Shown: one piece after another, positions 27,455-39,886 of the stretch
Numbering within the stretch: position 1 is the first letter of the stretch
Layout of the letters: every line of letters begins with the position of its first letter
NCBI RefSeq assembly: GCF_009834535.1
Contig: NC_045697.1
Coordinates: forward strand, 68,140,001 to 68,204,000
From: Camelus ferus
Lineage: Eukaryota
DNA length: 64,000 nt
Reading direction: 5' to 3'
Program-made: the position numbers and the translations under genes
Notes under the pieces: model-generated
The model's input: the letters and a program-made list of their open reading frames with translations, nothing else
Databases searched by the model: none
What the model was told of the DNA's origin: nothing

Positions 27455-29140
27455 AGAACTGATGTTGAATCTTCTTTCCTTTTCTTCAACCGATATGAGC
27501 TAGGAGTTGTTCTTATCATGTCAACCACCAGAATGCTCGCCACTGCTTGAGCAGTGTCACTATAAAAAGGGAGTGACACTGTATAAACAGTCACAAAAAG
27601 GTATTTTGATTATTGACTTTCATGTGAATTGCTTACAATTTTATACCTAATTACTATGTTGTAGAATAATGATTATGTAGACCATTAAATGTTTCATTAA
27701 CATTTTATGTCTTCTATTTGATTAGCGCAGGAAACTCTACTCATGTGTGTTCTGTGTTCATAGTTTATTAAATGTAGAACATGATTACCTGCCCATAGAG
27801 CTTGATTGCCACTAGTCTAGACATAAGCATATTATAGAATATAATGTATAGTCTTTTTTCTTTTATTTCCCTTTTTTGTCTTATGTTGGAGCAAAGGGAT
27901 GGAACCATAAGACAGAGTTACCAGAAATTTCACATAAAATTAATACAGTAAAAATCAACTTAAAATAACCTTTTTAAAAAAATGAATACTTTGGGTATTG
28001 TGATAAATGTATGGAATGTTTTGGCATCTCACCTCCAGGACTTATTGGCACATAGCATGAGTACAAGTGCCCTCATTCAGGATTATACAGTTCAATTAGA
28101 TTGAGTGTGTGTTATTGGCAGCATATAATGTCACCATTTTATAATGGTGACAACAAACAGAAGCATGTCTTTCTAAACAACATGAGGTAACCTAGGCTTG
28201 AGAACTATAACCTTATTCATTCTGTTTAACAAATCTAAAAGAACTCTATTTTATAGATAAGAACATTTCATACATGTGATGAAATACTGATTTCATCTAA
28301 TTGATTTGTGATGATAAACTCAAATTCAGGACTCAATATCCCATCTTTATTTTTCATTAGTGTGACTACAAACATTGCTAAATATAAACCAACTTAACAG
28401 AATGACCTAAATTGAGATCAAATAATTAATTTTTTAATTAACAATTCAGTGGAGATTGTCCTTGAACCCTCAGCTTGTAAAACCCAGTTCTTGCTTACCC
28501 TTTGAATTTCCTAGTGGACTTCAACAACATGGATCTATAACCATCTGCTCATGCTAGTTGTTCTAAATTCCTTTTATTTCTCAGTTTTTCTGTCATTCTG
28601 CTTTTCTAGCTGGTTGATGCCCTTAGTCTCTCCACAATAGTTGTAATATTTTTTCTAATAGTTTCAGATCTCTGTGACCTTTCACTTTATTTAGGCAATC
28701 TCATTTGACTTATGTGAGAATTTATTCTCAATATTCCCTGTAGTTTGAGATGCTTCCCCCCTATTTTTGGCCTGGCTAGTTGTAGCAATGAAAGGAGAAA
28801 GTAGTTAATTTATTGCAACCCTAAGACATCTTTTCTTTCTTTACCATTATCACAGACATGACAATGGTGTAAATTCAATTTGTTGCAAGGATATGAGAAC
28901 AGTTTGCAAGTGATGAAGTACAGCACTTGAAATTTTAAAAAGTAATTACAAATATATATACACAAGTGCATTTTTGTCAGCTCTGTCATTCCTAAATAAC
29001 AATACGAAAACATACTGAATTACCCCATGTTTAGGAAATACAATCACAGGAAGATAAACAACAAAAACAGACTCTCCTTATAGAATTTTAGGTAGTTAGC
29101 AGCTCATCATTAATACAGAAAAACAAGGAAGTCTGATGAC

Positions 29141-29597
29141 TGTGATGGTTAATTTTATGTGTCAACTTGGCTAGATCATGGTGACCAGTTGCTTGATTTT
29201 TCTGTAAAAGTATTTTTAAGATGTGGATAATATTTACAATCAGTTGACTTTGAGTAAAGCAAATTACCCTCCATAATGTGGGTGGGCCTCATCCAATAAG
29301 TTGAAGTGCTTAAGAGTAAAGACTGAGGTTTCCTGCAGTAGAAGGAATCTTGCTTCCAAATAGCAATATGAAAATTATCCCTGAGATTCCAGGCTTTGGA
29401 TTCAAGACAGTAACATCAACTATTGCCTGAATCACCTATGAGCCAGTTTGCCCTATGGATTTTCGACCTGCCACCTACCAACCCTCAAAATGGCATGAGC
29501 CAATTCCTTAAAATCAATCTCTTTCTGTTTCTGTTCCTGTCTCTCCCTTTATCCATCCTATTTCTTACTGGGTCTTTTTACAACTCTGACTAATAGA
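29141..29597 (+). mobile_element. MLT2 (ERVL) solo LTR, MLT2D-like
   Basis: Starts tgtgatggttaattttatgtgtcaacttggc; contains ccataatgtgggtgggcctcatccaat; ends ctgactaataga; 5-bp TSD atgac / atggc. Confidence 0.9.
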
Positions 29598-31948
29598 ATG
29601 GCCATGAAAGAATCTTTCAAATTTTATCATTAAAAAAAAAAACAGGAGTTACCCAGATCATAATTAGTCATAGTCAAAACATAAGATGTTTCCTCTCAAA
29701 AGGTTTCCCTCATTTATGATCAAATCATTTTCTGGACAGAAGTCCCTACCCCTGTATTTGTTATTTTACCCTAAAAGCTGATGATATATTGACAGAAGAG
29801 AAATCTTGTGATGTTTGCTTAACCTATGGTTTATTTTATTTTTCTGAAAATTCCCCTTCCATCCTGTAGAGTTAGACCACCTCTTATCATGTTTGTACCA
29901 CATGAAACCTACCTCTGGTCATTGCTGATTGGGCCAGAGATGGACACTCCATTCAGGCTAGATTCACCATGTCTTTCTTTTTTAGAAATGTGCAGGTTGG
30001 TTTCAAAGTTAATAGCCTCTTCTTGGAAATGGAGAGAAAGCTGGTTTCAGAGAAAAAGGAGACAAGCATAAATCAAAATGTAATAAAAAGCAGAGACAAC
30101 TTCTCAAGACCCAGAACAAAGAGAGAAACAAAATCCTAAAAATTAGTAATTTTTAATTGCAATTAATTTAGTGAAAACAGAATCAATAACCAGTCAGTTC
30201 CTGAAGAAGTTTGGACACATGTCTTTCTTTAGATTTCGTGAAATATCTCAGAAAGCTTATTCTAAATTCCTTTTTCATCTTCATCCTACTTCTTTGTTTC
30301 CTTCTTCAAGCAAATCTGAGTGGCTTAATCAAAGACCACAGATCAAAACAGACAACCAGTTCCCTTTTGATAAAATTAACTACTATTTTTATCATTTGCT
30401 GCCTTATATTTCCATTCTTAAGCATTTTGAAGAGATTAAGATCAATACCTTAGCCTTTTATTCACTGTCACTTCATGAAACACATCATCATTTTTCCTAA
30501 CAGCATTCAATGTATTATCTAATCCAAAAATCTCAGAGGACATCAAAACGTAGGTTTTGATTTTTATTGATCCTTTCACTTAAGATCTTAAGAACAAAGA
30601 ATTTTTACAAATAAAGCTGTGAAAAGTCTGCAATTGATTATATTGTGAAATAGCTACAAATAGTCCGAAACACACTAACTGGAAAATGATTCATAATAAT
30701 TAGTATAGAAAATTTATCAAGGAAAGAAATAAAGTGATTAGAATTTAAATTTGATAGCATTTGAGGTAGGAATTCCAGTGGGATAGATCAGTAAGTATTC
30801 CTTATCCAGTCTTCTGGATCTAATCCAATATTATTCAATCCAAAAAAATACCTTTACAGTGGGCAACGTAAGAGCACAGAAGGAGCAGACTGAGTTAAGT
30901 ATAAAGTTCCAGCTTTGCAGTTTTGGAGACCCATAAGTTTGTGAGATAGAAAGTCAATACCTTTAGCAATTGTCCAGCTTATCCACTGCTTCATTTAATC
31001 AAGAAACCACAGGTATAGTCCATCTGACAGTGACCTGGGCTTCCTCAAAATAGAGATTTGAATCAGGAATACTTTAATCTCTTCTGTTTCCGATACCTGA
31101 TTTTCTTTCATGACAGAAGTTCAGCATGAAAAGCAAAATCTTGACTCTTGGCCAGAAAATATTTTCCATCTCAGGAATGGGAGTAAAAAAGTATTTGTAA
31201 AGCCTACTATGTAAGAGATGTTTAAGAGTATCCATTTTACTATTTCAGAGAAGAAGTGATATAGTGACGTTAATATATGCAAAAATTTAGGGATGAATAC
31301 TTTTAGGTAATGAATTTGTCATTTCAGATTTGTGTGACAAAATTTTCAATGAGTCAATCAGATCTGAATGTTTCTAAATAATAATTACACTGACGTCAGA
31401 CGTATTTAGCTGATTTGTATATTAAAGTCTTTTTAAAATAATTCATAAATCACTATTTCATAGGCTGAATCTATGAAGCAAAAATACAGGTGTATTTACC
31501 AAAAAAAAAGTGTCCCCTAAAGATGTTCCAGAATGTATGACCTTTGCTACTTGCTAATTTTTAAAATATTTGTATTTATAGGGTATATATCATCTATATT
31601 TAATTAAAGATGTCATGTAGTACACTTTCACTGAATAACAAGATGTCCTTTACTGATACGGATTTGATTATATGTTTCTTTGTACTAAGGCAACAATGGC
31701 ATCAAATATTTTCTATGCAACTCACAGGAGCTTTATATTACTTGATACTAATGTAAATATTCTTATAAATCCTTATGAAGGAAGTCAGTCTCAAAAAAAT
31801 CATGGTCATATTATAGTGCCCTGTGGTTGAATTAAGGGCAGTGTTCAGTACAATATGGCATCTACTGTGCAGATTTATCCAATGCATCTGCTCTCATCCT
31901 TGTGGGCCAGTTTAGTTGTCTCAGAGAAGTCCTCAATTAAAAAGGAAA

Positions 31949-32042
31949 AGAAATTAGAGGGTAGTTCACATAACACTTTATGTTGGATGCAAGGGCAGCA
32001 GAAATTAGAGGGTAGTTCACATAACACTTTCTGTTGGATGCA
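31949..32042. repeat. 43-bp direct repeat (1 mismatch) with 8-bp spacer
   Basis: agaaattagagggtagttcacataacacttt(a/c)tgttggatgca at 31949-31991 and 32000-32042. Confidence 0.95.
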
Positions 32043-32449
32043 TGCGCACAGACATGGAGAAATGAATTCTCTTCAATGCATTGGTGTGGCATTGGCCATG
32101 CCTTAGGCAACTCTACATCATAAGTGGTGCTAGTGACAACAGTTGTGGTGGCATCAGGGTCTGATGACTTGGCTTCGGTGTAGGTGGTAGCACTTAGGAT
32201 TGCAGTCCCTCTGTTTTGGCTACAGCAAGTTTCTTTTCATTGAGTTTCCTTGGAAGCCTAGCACAGTTTTGGAACTTTCAGAGTGCTGCACTGCAGTGCT
32301 CTCACCACTCTGAAGGCAATAAAATCCAACACTGACTACAGGACCAGCAAGAGAAGGCAACTCAACAGACAGCCTCAGTGTCAGGAATGAAGATTCTTCC
32401 ATGAAGCTTGTGGAAAACATGGTCTTCTGAATAAACTTCAATCCTCAAT

Positions 32450-32705
32450 TAGTGCACATCCTTTCATCTGCCACAGACTACACACCACTTCCTCAGAGAA
32501 ACCATCTCCAACCTCCCACATATGCTTCCATGGTGCTCTGTTATACTCCTTCAATGAACACATCACACTTTCACTTGTTTGATGTATCCCTCCTCTCCTA
32601 GTTCCTAATTGGTGCTAGAACAGCTACCTGGCTTGTCTTGTTCCCTGCTCTATCCCCAGAGCCTGGCATATAACAGGGGCTAAAAACCTATTTGTTGAGT
32701 TAATA
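32450..32705 (+). mobile_element. L2 3' end
   Basis: cttgtcttgttccctgctctatccccagagcctggcatataacagggg...tatttgttgagt. Confidence 0.7.
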
Positions 32706-33279
32706 AAAAGAATACCTGGCTGGGCTAATTCCAGTGTCCCTAGAGGTCTTCCATATACAATGAGCAAACAAAGCCACTTTGAATATAATAGAATATTCTG
32801 TGGTACATAGATAAGGGCTGCACTTTAGCTCTTAATTAGCCAGGGACCTAGAAATTCCCTGGTTAGGAAGTTAAACTACGCCCTCAATCAGGGCTCAAAC
32901 ACATACGCATTCGTCTAGTGTTCTGACAGATAGATGCCAACAGCGGTACCTGGATAAGACAATGGTAGGACTAGAGCAAGTTAGATGGTCAAGAGACCTA
33001 ACATATCCATGAGATAAAAGCACCTTTAACCCAAATTTTCTCTGGGCCCCTCTGCATGTTGGCCTTATATAATGTCAGTTATACAAATTTCCCCCTAGAT
33101 CTTCTTCATACCAAGAGAAAGGACCACAATCTTACCTACTTGTAACCCTCTAAAAAGGTTCATTTAAGTAGATAGAAGGAAGACATTCTCATACACAATC
33201 AGAGCTCCTTTTTTATCTTCTTTGGCCAAATCTCTTCTAGGCACTGATGCTATTTTGCCCTGAACTTCATAGTTTGTGT

Positions 33280-34140
33280 CAGATACTATGCTAGCCCCTC
33301 TGGAGTCAATAGTGAAGAAAACAAAACAAAACACATTTTCTGCCAAGGAATTTGGTCTAGTAGAGCAGACAGTCATGAAAATGGGCCATTTTAAGCCTAA
33401 TTGGTATGTACTGGGCTCAGAATAAGCACAGAGGACCCTAGGAGCAGAAACAGGTCACTTAAAGTATTACCGGAGATGGATTCTCAGAGAAAGTGGCTTC
33501 TAGGTTGAGACCTGCAGAAGGAATAGCAGGAGGTTACAGGGTCTGTGCCGAGGGCAATGCCTGTGCGATGGTTTACACAGTACAGTGCATTAGAGAAACA
33601 GCGACTGTTCGGTACAGCTGATTTAGAGTGCAAGGTTAGAAGTGACAAAAAGGTGCAGGTGAGGGCAGGGATATAAACAAAGCCAAATCATGAGGGCCTC
33701 AGACGCTATGGCAAGTACCTTTAAAAATGGTTGAAGTGGTGAACTTTATGTTATGTATATTTTCCACAATAAACAAACAAAAAACTCAGCTTCCTTTTCA
33801 ACAGCTATAGTAAAATAAAATAAACAGCTATAATAAAATAAAGAACTGTGTGGATCTGCCAGGAGGAAAAAAAAAAAAAAAAAGAAGAGGAAGCAGCAGC
33901 AGCAGCAGCTATGGCAGGAGGTGGAACTTTGTCCTGGAAGTATCGGACAGCTATTAAGGGTTTTAAACTGGGAAGTGATGGCATCAGTTTTGCACTTTAG
34001 AATGACACCTCTGACAGTGAAAAAGGAGCAGAGAATTGAACACCAAATGCAGAGAAACAAGTTTGGAAGCTCCTGCAACATTTTAATAATACCAATGGCA
34101 GATGAGAGTGGTCTGAATGCCAAAACACGGGACATGGCAA
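33280..34140 (-). mobile_element. L2 fragment, split by an insertion at about 33716-33902
   Basis: ccaaggaatttggtctagtagagcagacag...ggttgagacctgcagaaggaatag...gggtttttaaactgggaagtga. Confidence 0.7.
33716..33784 (+). mobile_element. LINE-1 extreme 3' tip (L1MB-like) with A-rich tail
   Basis: ttaaaaatggttgaagtggtgaactttatgttatgtatattttccacaataaacaaacaaaaaa. Confidence 0.7.
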
Positions 34141-34214
34141 ACTTGAAAGAGAAGTCTCAACAGCTGTCAATGAGTGGTTGATTTCATTTGATTTTGGGGG
34201 GCCTCACTTAGAGG

Positions 34215-34559
34215 GCATGGCTTTGCATTTGTAAGGATTGGCTTAGCAAGTCCACAGTGTGTAGGGTAGAACATCAGGAAGGGAAGATCATGAGGAGACT
34301 ATAACTCCACAGGCATAAAACTGTTGTCCATAGACAAAATTGCCCCTGTTTCTCAGGAAAGCATCAACTATGATTTTAAAACCATCTAACTGGTTAAGTC
34401 AGGCTCATCTAGCATAGTTACTTCGACTTAAAGTCAACTAATGAGAAACCTGAATTATATCTGCACAATTTCTTCATAGGATCATCTAGGTTACTACTAT
34501 TTGACAAAGTAACTGGGGACTATAGCATAGCAAAGTTGACACATCAAAAAGCCATCACA
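34215..34559 (-). mobile_element. MLT2 (ERVL) LTR fragment, MLT2F-like
   Basis: Ends aagttgacacatcaaaaagccatcaca (reverse of the MLT2 5' end); internal acttaaagtcaact. Confidence 0.8.
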
Positions 34560-34795
34560 CTTACCTGTTTAGAGAGGCCTTCCATAATCATAGTGTCTGT
34601 ATCAGGACCCCACCAATCTTCTTATTCTCTATGCCCACAGCCTGTTTTATTTTTTTCACAGCATACACTACAAGCTGACATTATTTATTTGTTTGTTTAT
34701 TTTATGATTCCTCCAGTAGCCCCAAGAAATCAGGGACTTTGTTTCATTCACTACTCTACTGTCACTTAAGATTTTGAAAATGAATGAATGAATTA
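34560..34795 (+). mobile_element. L2 3' end
   Basis: ttatttatttgtttgtttatt...cagggactttgtttcattcact...aatgaatgaatgaa. Confidence 0.65.
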
Positions 34796-35169
34796 ACCGA
34801 TAGAATGATCATTATAAATGCACCCAGAAAGGGGGATGGTCTTCACAGTGTGATATAATTCTCTACTTAGAGCTCTGTTCACAGTGATTGGCAATGAGTA
34901 TGGTTAGACTTTTCATAGGGAATTGTCAGAAGAGAGTATGAGGGTGCTGTAATCTACAACCAAAAGAGAGCAAGGACTAATCATGATCTATTTTATTTTA
35001 GTCTAAAATATTTTAAGTCTAGTTGATTTCTAATGCATGATTATTTGACTCTGATCAGGATTTCTGACATCTGTTAATATTTTTTCTCTACAACTCAAAT
35101 CTTAGCTTCTCTTCTGACTGTAAAAGAGTAGCTCCTATAGGTTCAGAAATTAACAATGTAGCTTTCAGA

Positions 35170-35288
35170 TAGAGAAATAGAAAAAAGAAAGGAAAGAAGG
35201 AAGGAGGGGAAGAAGGAAGGAAGAAGGAGTAGGGAAGGGGGGCTTAAACTAATTCATGGTCAATTTCTTTTCTTTCTTTTTTTTTTTG
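35170..35288. repeat. Polypurine low-complexity tract followed by a polypyrimidine tract
   Basis: (GAAG/GGAA)-rich 35170-35242; T/C-only run at about 35264-35287. Confidence 0.85.
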
Positions 35289-36682
35289 CTTAATTTTCCC
35301 TTTTGTTTCAATTGTCAGAATATAGTAAACCAAATTGCTATTTATAATCATTATGTTTTTATTTCATATAAGCGTCTTTAAAAATATAAGCAACATTGTT
35401 ATCAATAAATTTTACTTCTTTCAGTGTCCCATTAAAGGGAATGTCCTGTGTAGTCAGAAAAGAGTGAGTTGGAGGCCACAGTACTAATTCAAATGATCTG
35501 TACTTTATCCTGAGATTCTATTATGTGATAGGCACTAAGTAGGTGATGTAAGGGGTACCAAAAATGGCCTCTGCTTTTCTGGATCTCATATTTATTATAT
35601 GTATAAATCTTCCTTTTATTTTTCTCTGAATTTACTAAGCACAAATTCCCTCTTCCATACATAAATTTGGTTTGAATTAACTTTAGATAGACAGAAAGAT
35701 AGAAAGATAGATAGATTGATCGATCCCATTTAAAATACTTATCCTTGCACAGGGGACCTATACAAACTACTGTTGATATGAGTGATCAGGACATATAAAA
35801 AACAAAACCCAAAGCAAAACAAGCAATCAAATAAACAAACAATTTCTGAGTCCCTTGAAAGGAAAAAAGCTGTGGGTGTACAGAAAGTAAATACTTCATC
35901 AACTAATTCTGTAGGTGGATTAATGGATGAACTATTCCCAGGGAGCAGTAAGTTGGGTCATTGCAAAGAGATAGTGTCTCAGACCACTAAAGGCACATTT
36001 AGAAAATAAAGCTGTTGTATATAAACTTTACCAGACAGGTTAGAAACCAAAGTGTTTCCCTATCTCACTCACCAGGAGAATCTGGCAGATTGAGAATTGT
36101 TCCAGAAGAAAGAGTATTAGGCAATAAATAGCTTCTTGAATTATACCCACTACAGGCAATTGAAGACGTTAAGAAAAATTCCTTTGAGACTATCAGTATA
36201 CAAAGATCCTTAGCAGAGCAAAAGGCAGGATTTCAGAATAAATGATTCTCAGTGGCTTAACACCTTGTATCAAATACCTATTAAAAGAGAATTTCAAAGC
36301 TTGCATGAATGACTGCTCAAAGGCTTCTACTTGTTACTTTCTGGATGGAAGGTTCTCAGAGTTTTGTACTTGTTGCATACTTTCAAATATTTTTCCCTCA
36401 AGAGCAAAGTTTTCATAATGCTAATTTGGTATAACTTGGTCAACTAATTCTGAAGAATAATTATTAATTTCTATTATATAGAATGGGATAATAAAACTTA
36501 TTCTATCCTGAAGTTCATAAGAAAAGACTGTTATGCAAAAAAAAAATAGATGAATCAAACATGGGGTCTCTCAGTGAGATTTATATTAACTTGTAACAGT
36601 TAAAAATAAAATTATCATTGAAACTTCCTGTGAATCGTTGGCTAGCCCATGTATGAAAGTAGCATTTCTCTACCATTAAGAA

Positions 36683-37322
36683 GCAGCATTATTTATAATA
36701 CTCAAGATATGAAAACAACCAAAGTGTCCCATCGATAGATAAATGAATAAAGAAGTTGTAGTAGATGAATACAATGGATTATTATTCAACCATAGAAAAT
36801 GAAGAAATCCTACCATTTGCAACAACACGGATGGACCTTGAAGGCATTATGCAAAGTGAAATAAGTCAGAGAGAGAAAGACAAAGACTATGATTTCATTA
36901 ATATGTGGAATCTAAGAAAGCAAACAAACTCCAAGAGAAAGAGACGAGGCTTGTAATTATCAGAGGCAGAGGCTCAGGGACGGGGAATTGGAGAAAGGTG
37001 ATCAAAAGATATAAACTTCCAGTTTTAAGATGAATAAGTACTAAGGATATAATGTATAACATGATAAGCATAGCTAACATTTCTCTATGATATGTAGGAA
37101 AGTTGTTAAGAAAATAGATCCTAAGATAAGCTAAGTAAGCCCAAGGGAAAAAAATTTTTCCTCTTTTCTTTCCTTTCTTTTGATTTTCCTGTATGAGAAG
37201 ATAGATGTTAGCTGAAACTATCATGGTAATCGTATAACCAAATGTAAATCAAACTATCCTATTGTATGTCTTAAACTTTTACAGTTATGTGTGTCAATTA
37301 TTTCTCAATAAAACTGAAAAAA
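36683..37322 (+). mobile_element. LINE-1 3' fragment, ORF2 end plus 3' UTR
   Basis: ORF 36765-36956 (MDYYSTIENEEILPFATTRMDLEGIMQSEISQ) is the degenerate ORF2 C-terminus; ends gtcaattatttctcaataaaactgaaaaaa. Confidence 0.9.
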
Positions 37323-37679
37323 TGTAAATTGCAACATATTAGCCGAAGTATAAAAACTAGTATTTTCAGTATGTTTCTACTTATGTCACCATATCCCTAT
37401 TTCCCTCTTCATTTTATGTAAATTGACATATAATTTATATATGATAAAATAAACCAATCTCAAATGTACAGTTCAATGATTTTGCCTTTTCTTGAATTTA
37501 TATAAATGGAGTCATACAATAAAAAAAATCAAAGTGACAGGGACAATTTTAAGCCCTCTTTCATTTTATGTGAGATGCATCAGGATAAACCCAAATTAAT
37601 ATATACAATATATGTAGAAATATTAGCATAAAATGTACATCAGTCAATGTGTTATAGACTTTCCCTGATCATCCGAATT

Positions 37680-37935
37680 GTAATAGCTAATATTTATTGA
37701 GAACTTACTAACTTTCCTCCTTGTCACTGTTTTAAGAAATTGACATAAATTCTGCATATTATTTTTTCACTCTCAAATGACTCTATGAAGCAAATATTAT
37801 GTTACCACTTTATGGATGAGAAATGATATTCAAGGAAATGAGGTAATTTGCACAATATCAGAAAAGTTAGAAGTAGGGGAACCAGAACCTAAGCAGACTT
37901 CAGAGCATAGGCTCTTAGTCACTACAAAATATTGC
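37680..37935 (-). mobile_element. MIR SINE
   Basis: taatagctaatatttattgagaacttacta...ccactttatggatgagaaa...ctcttagtcactac. Confidence 0.75.
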
Positions 37936-37939
37936 TTTT

Positions 37940-38175
37940 ATAAAGTCACTTATGTTGTCCCCATTTTACTCATAGAACCCTCCTCTTACCATTCATAACA
38001 TTCATCAGAATTTATAAATATGAATGTAATTATTCTTCTATTGATTTAATATCTGTCTTGCCCTGTGGTCTCTAACTCCTAGTAGACTGGGCCATGTCTG
38101 TAAATGTAGTTACTGGCACTGAGAAAAATCATCATAAAGATGTACTAACTATGTGAATGAATGAATGAATGAATA
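37940..38175 (+). mobile_element. L2 3' end with (GAAT)n tail
   Basis: atctgtcttgccc...tgaatgaatgaatgaatgaata. Confidence 0.6.
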
Positions 38176-39516
38176 AAGGGATAGATGAACAAATGCAGAA
38201 AAATCACTTAAAATTGCCTTGCCTGATATTATCACCATTTTTCGATCAAAATAATTGCAAGCAAAACTTAGTTTTGATACCAAGTTAACAGGAAACTCTG
38301 GTCACTTGACAGTCACTTTAGGGCATGCATTTAAAGGGATTTCATAGCACCCATCAATGGCTCTCTATACTAATCAACCTCAGCTCTGTTTCACTGTCTG
38401 AATAGAGTTGACTACCTCTTTTATAATCACAAGGTAAAGTTCTCATATTTTCCACTAAATGCATACTGCTTCTACAGCTGTTCAAAGCTGCACCACCCAT
38501 ACTTCTTACCTCTTACCCCTGGCAGGTAATCCCCTAAATTACACATTTACAACGATTCAGCTTCTCAGTCCATATGAAAAACACTATTAAGAAGTATCGG
38601 TCTCAGTATGAAAAAAAATTGTATGTTATAAACTCATAAAAGCTATGAAGAGAATTTGATGATGAGGTTTAAAAATAGTAAAAAGTTGGCAAAAGCATAA
38701 GAAAGTAACTAGAAAGATTATGAGAAAAAGACAAGACCTTGGAGGTGTCAAAGGAAATTCTCCTTATGATCTACTTAAAGTAGTCAGTGACATTCTTCCC
38801 ATTATTACCAATTCTCCAAACCCTCATTTTCATGATTTTTTTTAAATCTGAGGGCATCCTTTGTCCGTTGTTAGACTGTGAGCACCTTAATATTAACAGA
38901 ACGAACTATCTTCTATATATATATATGGAGGCTTAAATGCTGGGTAAGTAGTCAAGTTTCATGGGAAAAGGGGAGCCCATACATGAGACAAAGTGTTTAG
39001 CATGAAGAGTGTGGGATGCCTGAGCAGCAACCAGGGAGAGAGGGTTTACAGGGACAGGGGATTAGGGTTGCGGTGAAGGGGCTGTGTGGATAAGAGAAAG
39101 AGGAAGTTATTCTAAGCACTCCTGAGAGTGAAAAAGATTTAGGGAGATGAAGACATGCCTAACACAAATTTTAGAAACATTTTGTATGATTTATTTGCAT
39201 TCAACTTTTAAGACATTTTTAATAATATCTAAATTATTCCCTGAGATCTCTGAGTTCAGGCTGTTTTTTCTTTACCTGTGACTGCAGAGTGTGGGCCGTG
39301 AAGAGGTGGGGAGCTCTGTGTGACCTACACTCAGTTCTGTTCCTACACTTTACGTAGAGCAGTTCTTTGAAAATTGCTTTTTGACTTAACACATTACTCA
39401 AAAGTAAAGAGAAGAAAGAATGAAAACCTGAATATAAAATAATAAGGTCTGATTTTTCTTAGGAAAAACAGAGACATCTACATCCTTTATTTGTGCTTTT
39501 ATGTAGACTATTTCAG

Positions 39517-39537
39517 ACACACACACACACACACACA
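39517..39537. repeat. (CA)n microsatellite
   Basis: Read directly. Confidence 0.9.
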
Positions 39538-39863
39538 AACTGCATTGCATTCCAGACTCCAATGCTTAGCAGATAGATAGCCAATAAATACACAAAATAC
39601 ACAAAATAGAAGATAATCAATAAAAAAAGAACATATTATTTCATTTAAAACACAAAAGACTTACAAGAAGGGAAAAATAAGAACTTTCTATCAGCACCAG
39701 TTAATAGCAAAACAGAATTTTAAAAGTTGAGGCCCTCACTGGGATAACATTCAAATCTACATCACCTAGATGACCCACACCAGTAATAGCAACTTGCCCT
39801 TCGCATCCCTCCATGATGTAGTAGCTGATATAATAAACTTCAAAATTACATATATTTATGTGT

Positions 39864-39886
39864 ATATATATATATATATATATATA
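39864..39886. repeat. (TA)n microsatellite
   Basis: Read directly. Confidence 0.9.

Noticed and set aside
31949..32042. CRISPR-like repeat-spacer array
   Set aside because: Only two copies, an 8-bp spacer, a mammalian context and no cas genes.
33892..33909. (AGC)6 as a coding polyglutamine tract
   Set aside because: It sits between a poly(A) tail and a TSD inside an L2, with no exon context.
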